35,612 nucleotides of DNA from Chloroflexota bacterium. Lineage in GTDB: Bacteria; Chloroflexota; Limnocylindria; Limnocylindrales; CSP1-4. This document shows, in pieces, positions 8,851 through 20,192 of the stretch (position 1 is its first letter; each line of letters begins with the position of its first letter). A program made the position numbers and the translations under genes. The stretch spans positions 1-35,612 of the forward strand of contig JAKAHU010000003.1 in NCBI GenBank assembly GCA_021825385.1, written 5' to 3'. Under the pieces are notes generated by a model. That model did not search any database and had not been told where the DNA came from. It worked only from the letters and a program-made list of their open reading frames with translations.

Positions 8851-10976
8851 TGGCCTCCATCGGCGACCTCTTCTTCCTGTTCCGCGGCGACGACGGCCAG
8901 CTGCAGCTCGACGCTGCCAAGGCTGGCGACAAGGCCGGGGCGGCGGCCGGGAAGCGCTACAGCGTGTCGATGGGGACCGCACTCAAGGCGAGCATCGGCG
9001 GCGCGATCGGTGGGGCGCTCAGCGCGGGTCTCGCCGTCGCCGTCAAGGGCGGGGCCGAGCTCAACGCCGCGGTCACGCAGTTCGCGGCCGACACCGGCGC
9101 GACCACCGAGGAGGCCGCCAAGGCGCAGTCGACGATCGGCGAGCTGTTCCGCACGAACCTCCAGAGCTTCGGCGAGATCGGCGGCACGCTCGCGGTCCTG
9201 CGCACAGACCTCGGGCTGACCCAGGACGCGGCGGACCAGGCGGCCCAGAGCTACCTCGACTTCGCGCAGGTCGCGGGCGGCACAGGTGCGGAGGCCGCCG
9301 GCCGGTTCGACGACCTCCTGGCGTCACTGAACCTCGACGCCTCGAAGGCGCCCGGGATCATGGACCAGCTGGTGGCGTCGCACCAGCGCTACGGCGAGTC
9401 GATCAACGGCAACATCGACGCCCTGACGGCCATGGCGCCGGCACTCAATGCGGCCAATCTCACGGTCGATGACGGGATTGGCCTGCTCAACATGTTCGCC
9501 TCGGCAGGCGTCGACGCCGCGGCCGCTCCGGCAGCGCTCACCAAGGCCCTCAAGAAGGTGAAGAGCCCCGCTGAGCTCCAGACGCTCATCGACCAGATCA
9601 GCGCCACGGAGGACCCGTTCAAGCGCGCCCAGCTGGCGTCCGACCTGTTCGGCGCCAAGGCTGGCCCCAAGCTCGCCCAGGCGCTCGCCCAGGGCAAGAT
9701 CGGTGACTTTCGGGTCAGCCTCGACGAGGCAGCCGGGGCCACGACGAAGGCGGCGGACACCATCCAGGCTGGGTTCGGCAATCAGGCCCAGCTCGTCATC
9801 AAGAACTTCGGCGGTGCGCTGGCCGAGATCGGCACGAACTTCGGGCCGCTCATCCTCGGCTTCTCCGCGCTCCTGCCCGCGTTGACGCCGATCATCACCA
9901 CGGCCGGGGCGGCGCTCGGCGGCCTCCTCGCCGCCGCGATTCCGATTGGCATGGCGCTCCTGCCGGTCCTGCTCATCGGGGCGCTCGTCGCCGCGGTGGC
10001 CTTCCTGATCGCCAACCCCGAGATCGTCGGCAAGATCGCGGAGTTCGTCGGGTCGATCCTGGCGGCGATCGGCGACTTCCTGGGAACCCTGGGTGACGTC
10101 TTCGCGACCGCATTCGGGGCGGCCGTCGACGCGGTCTCGGGCGCGATCTCGGCGATCGTCGGGATCATCGGCGAGATCCCGGGGAGAGTCGCTGGCTTCT
10201 TCGTGGCCCTCGTGGAGCAGTGGATCGGGCTCCAGCTCAAGGTCGCCTCGATCGTCCTCGACCTCGTTGGCCAGGTCGTGGGGTTCGTCCTCTCGATCCC
10301 GGGCAAGATCGTCGGCCTCATCGGCGAGGTCGCCGGTCAGTTCGCGACGCTGGGCAGCCGGATCATCGGGATCGTGACGGGCTTCATCGGCGAGGTCGTC
10401 GGGTTCTACCTCGCCCTCCCCGGGCGGATCGTCAGCCTCGTCGGGAAGATCGCCGGCTTCTTCATCGACCTTGGCGGCCGGATCGTCTCGACGGTCGGGT
10501 CATTCGTCGGCGAGATCGTCAGGTTCTTCCTCTCGATCCCGGGCAAGGTGATCGGGATCGGCGCGGAGATCGTCAAGGGGATCATCCGGGGGATGGCCTC
10601 GCTCCCGGGCCAGCTCCTCGACGTGGTCACGAACGCCTTCCGCTCGATCAAGATCGACATCGGTCCCTTCCACATCAGCTCGGCCGGCGTCTCGATCGAC
10701 CTCCCCAAGATCGAGCTTCCCTCGTTCGCTGTCGGCAGCCCGTTCGTGCCGCGGGACATGACCGCACTGGTCCACGCGGGCGAGATGATCATCCCGGCGC
10801 CTGAGTCCGCTGCGATCCGGGCCGGCCGCGCCGTGCTGGCGACGCCCACCGCGCAGGGCTCGGGTCCGGGCGGCCGGGCGCTCACCGTGAACGTCTACAA
10901 CCCGGCGCCAGAGCCCGCGTCGACCTCGACAAAGCGGGAGCTCCAGAAGCTCGCCGCGTTCGGGGTCCTGGCATGA
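8850..10976 (+). CDS. Tape measure protein
   Basis: 708 aa Ala/Gly-rich helical; LFGAKAG motif; 40-aa periodic (I/L)PG(K/R) repeats; FAVG...ALVHAGEMIIPA C-terminal motif. Confidence 0.93.
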   Translation: MASIGDLFFLFRGDDGQLQLDAAKAGDKAGAAAGKRYSVSMGTALKASIGGAIGGALSAGLAVAVKGGAELNAAVTQFAADTGATTEEAAKAQSTIGELFRTNLQSFGEIGGTLAVLRTDLGLTQDAADQAAQSYLDFAQVAGGTGAEAAGRFDDLLASLNLDASKAPGIMDQLVASHQRYGESINGNIDALTAMAPALNAANLTVDDGIGLLNMFASAGVDAAAAPAALTKALKKVKSPAELQTLIDQISATEDPFKRAQLASDLFGAKAGPKLAQALAQGKIGDFRVSLDEAAGATTKAADTIQAGFGNQAQLVIKNFGGALAEIGTNFGPLILGFSALLPALTPIITTAGAALGGLLAAAIPIGMALLPVLLIGALVAAVAFLIANPEIVGKIAEFVGSILAAIGDFLGTLGDVFATAFGAAVDAVSGAISAIVGIIGEIPGRVAGFFVALVEQWIGLQLKVASIVLDLVGQVVGFVLSIPGKIVGLIGEVAGQFATLGSRIIGIVTGFIGEVVGFYLALPGRIVSLVGKIAGFFIDLGGRIVSTVGSFVGEIVRFFLSIPGKVIGIGAEIVKGIIRGMASLPGQLLDVVTNAFRSIKIDIGPFHISSAGVSIDLPKIELPSFAVGSPFVPRDMTALVHAGEMIIPAPESAAIRAGRAVLATPTAQGSGPGGRALTVNVYNPAPEPASTSTKRELQKLAAFGVLA
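10176..10560 (+). repeat. 120-nt (40-aa) degenerate coding repeats in tape measure gene
   Basis: (I/L)PG(K/R) codons start at 10176, 10296, 10416, 10536. Confidence 0.8.
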
Positions 10977-11791
10977 CGACGCTCGCGATCTCGGCCGACC
11001 GCTGGACCTTCGGCGGGCTCGACCTGTCGAGCTACGCCTACCTCGTCCGCGAGGTGTCCGGCGCCGACGAGTTCCCGAAGCTCCGCGGCGACGATGCGCC
11101 GTTCACCGGGCTCCCGGGTCGGCGGCCGATGGGCAAGCTCGCCGACGCCAGGCGACTCGCCCTGGGCCTGTGGGTCAACCCGCTGTCGGTGGCCGGCATG
11201 CTCGTCGAGCCCACCAACCGCCGCCAGGCGCGCAAGAACCTCGACGAGCTCTACGCCGTCCTCGGTCGACGGGCGCAGCAGGCGCTCGTCCGCACCCTCC
11301 CGGACGCCTCGAGCCGGACCGCGATGGCGGAGGTCGTCGACGTGTCGGCCTTCACCGATCCGGTCTCGGGCGAGCTGTTCGGCCTCGTCGTCGACTTCGC
11401 GCTCGCCGATCCGTACCTGTACGGCGCGGACGTCGTCGTGTCGGGCGCAACACCGGCCTCGCCGACGGACCTCGCGATCACCCACCCGGGGACCGTCCGG
11501 GGCGGCAAGGTCCTCCTGGATTTCATCGGGCCCGTCGCCAACCCGCGGGTGACCAACGTCGGCAACGGCCAGTACGTCGAGGCGCTCGTCACCGTCGCGT
11601 CGGCGAAGCACCTGCTCATCGACGTCGCGGCGTTCACCGCGACGAACGACGGTGCCAACGCGATCGGCTCGATCCGCCACTCGGGCGCCTTCCGCTTCCT
11701 CGAGCTCGACCCCGGGGCCCAGACACTGCGGGTCAGCGCGACAACCCCCGGCGGCTCGCTCTCGGTCACCTTCTCGCCTCCGTACCTGTGA
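10973..11791 (+). CDS. Distal tail protein (Dit)
   Basis: First gene after tape measure; FALADPYLY, GPVANPRVTN, FLELDPG motifs. Confidence 0.85.
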   Translation: MTTLAISADRWTFGGLDLSSYAYLVREVSGADEFPKLRGDDAPFTGLPGRRPMGKLADARRLALGLWVNPLSVAGMLVEPTNRRQARKNLDELYAVLGRRAQQALVRTLPDASSRTAMAEVVDVSAFTDPVSGELFGLVVDFALADPYLYGADVVVSGATPASPTDLAITHPGTVRGGKVLLDFIGPVANPRVTNVGNGQYVEALVTVASAKHLLIDVAAFTATNDGANAIGSIRHSGAFRFLELDPGAQTLRVSATTPGGSLSVTFSPPYL

Positions 11792-11801
11792 GGTCCTGAC
11801 G

Positions 11802-12716
11802 ATGCCGTACACCGCACTCCCGGACCGCCGGATCCCCTATGACAACGACGGGACCATCGTCGGCGTCGGCGCGTCCTACGGCGACTGGAACACGTACCAG
11901 AACCAATGGGCAGTCGTGTGGGCCCAGGGGATCTCGTCGTACATGTCGGGCAGCGACAGGGTCGAACTGAACGACTCGGTCTACAACAGCCTCTCGTCAC
12001 CCATCTCGGTCGCCAACGCCGGGCGCGCGGTGTGGTGGTTCTTCCCCGAGATGCGGGAGGTCACCGCGATGGTGATCATGACCGACGCCCCGACCGGCTC
12101 CTACGGGCAGGGGTCGGGCGCGTACGGCGTTCAGGCCATCGCGGGCTCCAACGACTCGGTCAACGGCGTTGATGGCACCTGGGAGTTCCCGAGCGTCACC
12201 GGCGTCGTCATGCAGCCTCGCGGCCTCGACAAGTGGCGCGCCAACATCGCGCCGCTGTCGTTCACGGGCGGCAAGAAGGTCATCCGCATCTACTACGGCA
12301 TCCAGAACACCTACGGCACCATCAACCCGATCGTCTGTCACCTCTACGGCGAGAAGGTCGCAGGGCAAACGCCGGACGACGTGATCTACATCGACCACGA
12401 CACCACGCCCGGAGTCGAGTACGCGGCGCCGGAGGACTTCGGGGACCAGCCGCTCGGCACGACGGTGGTCCGCCAGTTCCGGCTCAAGAACACGTCCGCG
12501 ACGAAGACCGCCAACTCGATCAACGTCCAGTGCAACGACTCCGACTTCGCGATCTCCACGGACGGCGCGACGTGGGTCGTGACGATCAACATCGCCTCGC
12601 TCGGGCCAGGCGCGCAGTCAGCAACGATGTACGTCCGCTGCACGACTCCGGCTCCCGGCAACCTCCTCGGTCCGCGCTTCGCCCGGATCGTGACCACCGT
12701 CGCCAGCTACACGTAG
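11802..12716 (+). CDS. Minor tail/baseplate protein, C-terminal Ig-like segment
   Basis: ATG 11802 after GAGG; beta-rich Thr/Ser/Gly composition; DFGD...RQFRLKN...NSI C-terminal pattern; lies in tail-tip cluster. Confidence 0.6.
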   Translation: MPYTALPDRRIPYDNDGTIVGVGASYGDWNTYQNQWAVVWAQGISSYMSGSDRVELNDSVYNSLSSPISVANAGRAVWWFFPEMREVTAMVIMTDAPTGSYGQGSGAYGVQAIAGSNDSVNGVDGTWEFPSVTGVVMQPRGLDKWRANIAPLSFTGGKKVIRIYYGIQNTYGTINPIVCHLYGEKVAGQTPDDVIYIDHDTTPGVEYAAPEDFGDQPLGTTVVRQFRLKNTSATKTANSINVQCNDSDFAISTDGATWVVTINIASLGPGAQSATMYVRCTTPAPGNLLGPRFARIVTTVASYT

Positions 12717-12730
12717 GAGGAGGGAGACCC

Positions 12731-13042
12731 ATGGCCCTCGCGAACGCTTCCGCGGTCACGGTTTCCACGGCGACGTGGACGACCGTCACCAGCGTCACCG
12801 GCGACGGGACGAAGCAGGTGATCGGGTTCGCCGTGAAGTGCGACGACGCGACGGTCGCCTTCGAGGCGCGGATGATGATCAACGGGGTGACGACGATCGC
12901 CGGCGTCGCCGCGCTCGCTGGTGACTCGGCGCAGATCTACGACGCGCCGACGACGATCCCGAACACGCAGAGCTGCGTCGTCCAGGTCCTCCACGCGGCG
13001 GGCGTCAACAAGGCCTTCACCGGCACGCTCCTGGGCTCCTGA
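12731..13042 (+). CDS. Small virion/tail protein (103 aa)
   Basis: Strong SD AGGAGGAGGGAG before ATG 12731; all-beta composition; phage-like codon usage. Confidence 0.65.
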   Translation: MALANASAVTVSTATWTTVTSVTGDGTKQVIGFAVKCDDATVAFEARMMINGVTTIAGVAALAGDSAQIYDAPTTIPNTQSCVVQVLHAAGVNKAFTGTLLGS

Positions 13043-13044
13043 TC

Positions 13045-14319
13045 GTGGGCCTGAGCCCGGCGGCGGCGATCCTCGGCTGCTTCGCGAAGCGCGCTGACAC
13101 GCGCCTCGAGTCGCCCGGGAACGCGACGACGAACACCGGGACGCTCCAAGCACAAGCCCGTCCGGTCGACCCGCTCGCGCGGCGGTCGACGACGACCTTC
13201 TACCTGGATCGCATCGGCACCTTCACGTCGCCAGCGCTCGTGACCAGCGCGGGGGTGAACGGTTTCGGCGGTCAGGTCGCCTCGTGGTCGCCCGCAACGC
13301 CGACGAACGGCCAGTGGTTCTGGCGCGCCCGCTCAACCGCGGCGGTCGGCGGGGCGGTAGGCGTGACCGGCCGGTACGCAGCGACGTTCAGCTTCACCCA
13401 GGAGGGCGGGGCGGGGATCCCTCGCTCGCTCTACCTGTACGAGAACAAGAGCGTCGAGGCAACAACGATCGCGGCCCGGAGCCTCTACCTGTACGAGAAC
13501 AAGGCGCTCCAGGCGATCTCCGTCCTGGCCCGAAACCTCTACCTCTACGAGAGTCGCGCGATCCAGGCCCTGGCCGTTCTCGCCCGCAGCCTTTACCTCT
13601 ACGAAGCGACGCGGGACGGCGAAGTCTTCCCCTGGCTGATGAGGATCGACCCGACCGAGCAGTACGCGGGCGGCCAGGTCGACCTCTACGGCGATGGCTT
13701 CGGCGAGCTCGTCGAGGTCGCGGCGGGCGCGACGAGCACCGTCGACTCGACGAACGGCTCGAACGTCGCCGGCAACGCGGTCGATCGGCTCGCCTCGACG
13801 TTCTGGGCGTCCAACGGGGGCGCGGGCGCGTGGATCCGCTTCACCTTCGGGGCGCCGAAGAAGATCGTCGCGGTCGCGCTCGAGGGCAGCGGCTCAACGT
13901 GGGGCGTGCCGGAGTTCCGCTTCTCCGATGGCGGCGCGAACATCAACGGCGGCAGCGCGGTTCCGCCCGGCGCTCCGGTCGGGACGGAGTACCCGGTCGG
14001 GACGACGCGGACGCTCTACGCGCTCCCGGCTCCGCGGACGACGACCTACGTCGAGGTCCGGATCGCGTCAGGCGGGTCCGGGACCCGGGGCCTCTACGAG
14101 GTCTGGATCTACGAGGACCTCGACGACCTGGCGGAGACGTCGCGGGTCTGGCTCAACTTCGGTCAGCCGGCGGTGACGGACCTCGGGATCGTGTTCTGGG
14201 CGAACCGTTCGCCGAACCTCTACCCGGCGAACAGCGGCGTCCCGATCACGAAGGCGGCGACGGTCACGCTCCCGGCCGCGGCGACCTCGGGCCTGGTCAT
14301 CGTCCGCGAGGAGACCTGA
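13045..14319 (+). CDS. Minor tail protein with 18-aa repeats and F5/8 (discoidin)-like module
   Basis: Four R(S/N)LYLYE repeats; NAVDRLASTFWAS...WIRFTFG...YVEVRI...LYEVWIY matches the discoidin-like jelly-roll pattern; start codon uncertain. Confidence 0.65.
   Translation: MGLSPAAAILGCFAKRADTRLESPGNATTNTGTLQAQARPVDPLARRSTTTFYLDRIGTFTSPALVTSAGVNGFGGQVASWSPATPTNGQWFWRARSTAAVGGAVGVTGRYAATFSFTQEGGAGIPRSLYLYENKSVEATTIAARSLYLYENKALQAISVLARNLYLYESRAIQALAVLARSLYLYEATRDGEVFPWLMRIDPTEQYAGGQVDLYGDGFGELVEVAAGATSTVDSTNGSNVAGNAVDRLASTFWASNGGAGAWIRFTFGAPKKIVAVALEGSGSTWGVPEFRFSDGGANINGGSAVPPGAPVGTEYPVGTTRTLYALPAPRTTTYVEVRIASGGSGTRGLYEVWIYEDLDDLAETSRVWLNFGQPAVTDLGIVFWANRSPNLYPANSGVPITKAATVTLPAAATSGLVIVREET
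13423..13605 (+). repeat. Four 54-nt tandem coding repeats (RSLYLYE core)
   Basis: Cores start at 13423, 13477, 13531, 13585. Confidence 0.9.
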
Positions 14320-14320
14320 C

Positions 14321-16492
14321 GTGGCCATCCGGACGTCCGACGGGATCTACCTCGAGGTCCTCCAGTCTGCGCCCGTCGCCGGCGTCCCGATCGAGATCGA
14401 CGTGTACGGCGGGAACAACATCGCCACGATGCTGGCGACGCTCGAGGGCGCGCAGGCGCCAGCCTTCACCGATCCCTTCGGCGACATCGGCTCAGGCCAC
14501 TTCCGGATTCCGACCACCGACCCGAAGGCGACGGGCTCGATCATCCGATCGGGCAACTACGTCAAGGTCAAGATCGCCGGCGTCTACCGGTATGCCTTCT
14601 TCCTGGAGAACCCGCGGAAGGTCGTCGCCTCGACCGAGAGCGAGGCGGGCGAGTACTGGGACCTCGGCGGCCGCGGCAACATCGCCTACCTCGAGCGCGG
14701 CTCGGTGTATCCACCCAGCTGGCCATCGGCCACCGGGACGACCCACGAGTACTCAGGCGTGACCGCCGCCTTCATCCTCGACGAGCTGCTCGCCGCGGCG
14801 CGGGATCGCGGCGCGATCCCGCAGCTGACGTGGGACTTCACGCCGACCCGCGATTCCGACAACGCGCCGTGGACCGACTCGCTCACGATGAGCGTGCCGG
14901 CAGGGATGAGCCTCCTCGACCTCTGGCGCCAGTTCGTGGGGATGGGCTATGAGTCGGAGATGACGCCGGATCTCCGGCTCCGCTTCTGGAGGGACCGCTC
15001 GCGCGACTTCACCGACTCCGTCATCTTCCGAGCGGGCAAGCACATCCGGGGCGAGGTCACGCGAGACGCGCAGGACGCCGGCCTGCGGACGCGGATGCTC
15101 GTCCAGGGCGACGGCGGGCGCTTCTTCGAGGTGACCGATCCTGTCCTCGAAGCCGATGCCTTCATCGGCCGGCGCGAGGGGTACCTCAGCTTCACCGCCT
15201 CGACCGACCCGACCACGCTCCAGCAGGTCGGCGACAACGCGCTCGCCGAGGTCTCGCTCGCGTCGGACGCGCTGTCGGTCCCGCTCCACCACGGCATCGG
15301 GAGCGGCGACTACGAGCCCTACGCCGACTACCGCAACGGCGATTGGGTCGCGCTCGACATCCCGGGCACGTACTCGCTCGCGAAAGTCCGGGTCCGCTCG
15401 CTCTCGGTCAAGGCGATCCCTGGCGGGGACTACGAGGTCGACGCCGACTTCAACTCCGTGTCGCTGGAGAACATCGTCCGGCTCAAGCGGATCGTCGATG
15501 CGCTCGGCGGCGGCGGATCGGCATCGGGCGTCATCGGATCGACGAGCGGCTCGATCTCGTCCTCGGGCGGCGCCGCGAGCGGCTCGACGGGTCGCGTCGC
15601 AGCAGAGCAGGGCGACACCCCGGGCTACCTCTACGACAAGATCGACCCGACGGGGAGCGTCGTGCCGTCTCTGGTCGGCGGGGTCGGAGCTCGGATGGTC
15701 CGGCTCACGGGCACGCCACCGGCGCTCGGTGCGCTGACGAACGTCGACCTGACCGGGCTCGTGGACGGCTACCAGCTGACGTGGGACGCCGCCTCCTCGT
15801 TGTGGGTGCCCCGAGCGGCCGGCGGAGGAGCGTCCTGGCAGGATCGGATCATCGCTCGAGGGTCGACCGCGAATCCCGCCGACGACGAGTTCAGCGACGG
15901 CGTGCTCGCCGCGGCATGGGTGGACGTCGGACCGGCCCATTCCCAGGTCTGGACCGAAGCCGCCGACGTCCTCTCGCTCCTCCACGCGAGCAGCTCGGAC
16001 ACCGGCGGCCAGGGCCAGTTCCATGCGAAGCTCCGACCGGTCCCGGGTGGCTTCGCGGTGGGGAGCGCGATCGAGGCCGGCGTTCGCTCGCTCGGGTCGT
16101 CGGGCGGCTATCCGATGGTCGGCCTGATGATGACGAACGGGACCGCCTACTCGAACGCCACCGACTACGTCTACGGCGCGACGTACTCGTCGGGCAACAC
16201 GACACAGGGCCGTCGCAACGTGACGATCCGGCGCGGGAAGTTCGTGACCGCGGAGTCGGCGGCGACGGATCCCGATCTCGACGCGACCGGAGACGTTGGC
16301 ATCCACCTGCGCCTCAAGTGGGCCGCGGTGAACACCTGGGAGCTCGCGATCTCACCGGACGCCGTCTCCTGGCTGACGGTCGCGTCGGGGATCGCCTACA
16401 CGATGACGCCGACCCACATCGGCGTCGCGTTCACGTCCTGGGGGATCGTCGGGAACCGCGTCGCTACCTGGGACTACTTCAGAGTCAGATAG
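14321..16492 (+). CDS. Baseplate hub/tail-tip protein fused to C-terminal ConA-like lectin (putative receptor-binding protein)
   Basis: N-terminal hub-like motifs (GSGHFRIP, GRREGY, YEPYADYRNGDWV); Gly/Ser linker; LGALTNVD...YQLTWDA...WVP fibre motif; C-terminal DDEF...ISPDAVSW...IGV...WDYFRV beta-sandwich pattern. Confidence 0.72.
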   Translation: MAIRTSDGIYLEVLQSAPVAGVPIEIDVYGGNNIATMLATLEGAQAPAFTDPFGDIGSGHFRIPTTDPKATGSIIRSGNYVKVKIAGVYRYAFFLENPRKVVASTESEAGEYWDLGGRGNIAYLERGSVYPPSWPSATGTTHEYSGVTAAFILDELLAAARDRGAIPQLTWDFTPTRDSDNAPWTDSLTMSVPAGMSLLDLWRQFVGMGYESEMTPDLRLRFWRDRSRDFTDSVIFRAGKHIRGEVTRDAQDAGLRTRMLVQGDGGRFFEVTDPVLEADAFIGRREGYLSFTASTDPTTLQQVGDNALAEVSLASDALSVPLHHGIGSGDYEPYADYRNGDWVALDIPGTYSLAKVRVRSLSVKAIPGGDYEVDADFNSVSLENIVRLKRIVDALGGGGSASGVIGSTSGSISSSGGAASGSTGRVAAEQGDTPGYLYDKIDPTGSVVPSLVGGVGARMVRLTGTPPALGALTNVDLTGLVDGYQLTWDAASSLWVPRAAGGGASWQDRIIARGSTANPADDEFSDGVLAAAWVDVGPAHSQVWTEAADVLSLLHASSSDTGGQGQFHAKLRPVPGGFAVGSAIEAGVRSLGSSGGYPMVGLMMTNGTAYSNATDYVYGATYSSGNTTQGRRNVTIRRGKFVTAESAATDPDLDATGDVGIHLRLKWAAVNTWELAISPDAVSWLTVASGIAYTMTPTHIGVAFTSWGIVGNRVATWDYFRVR

Positions 16493-16501
16493 GGAGAGGT
16501 C

Positions 16502-16891
16502 ATGGCGTCCAAGACGAAGCCGATCGAGCCGACGATGTCGCAGCTCGCAAAGCGGGCCGTCGACGATCCAGATGACCATGCGTGGCATCGGGAATCAGTT
16601 GCGCGCTGGAGTGCGGCGGAGGTAGCCGACCCTGAGACGCCGTTGCTGGCCTACCGATCGCCCGCGCTGCCGGCCTGGTCGGAGAAGGCACCGGGCCACA
16701 TCAAGCGCGAGCTCCTCGGCCGCTTCCTTCAAGATCGGGACACCCGGGTCGTCCATGACGTCTATCGGGCGACACCGGAGTGCGGGGTCGACGCGATCCG
16801 CAACGGGACGTTCTTCCATTTCTGGTCCGAAGTCCTGGCCGATCCCGGCGTGGCCGACGACCTGCCGTGCGCCTACTGCATGGCGCGTTGA
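16502..16891 (+). CDS. Hypothetical protein, possible His/Cys metal site
   Basis: SD GGAGAGG before ATG; VVHD...EC...PCAYC. Confidence 0.6.
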   Translation: MASKTKPIEPTMSQLAKRAVDDPDDHAWHRESVARWSAAEVADPETPLLAYRSPALPAWSEKAPGHIKRELLGRFLQDRDTRVVHDVYRATPECGVDAIRNGTFFHFWSEVLADPGVADDLPCAYCMAR

Positions 16892-16925
16892 CGCGGGATC
16901 AGATCGTTGACCTGGCCCCGCCGGC

Positions 16926-20183
<3,258 letters not shown>

Positions 20184-20192
20184 CGTGGTCCC

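Noticed and set aside
13423-13605. Regularly spaced repeats as a possible CRISPR array
   Set aside because: In-frame coding repeats with synonymous variation and related spacers; no cas genes
15800-16492. Receptor-binding C-terminus as a possible diversity-generating retroelement target
   Set aside because: No reverse transcriptase and no template-repeat copy seen in the window
16880-16887. ATGGCGCG match to the tRNA 3' junction (32956-32963) at the tail/defence boundary, as a possible internal att
   Set aside because: Only 8 bp and GC-rich, so expected by chance in 35 kb; no further tRNA similarity. Worth revisiting only if junction reads support it
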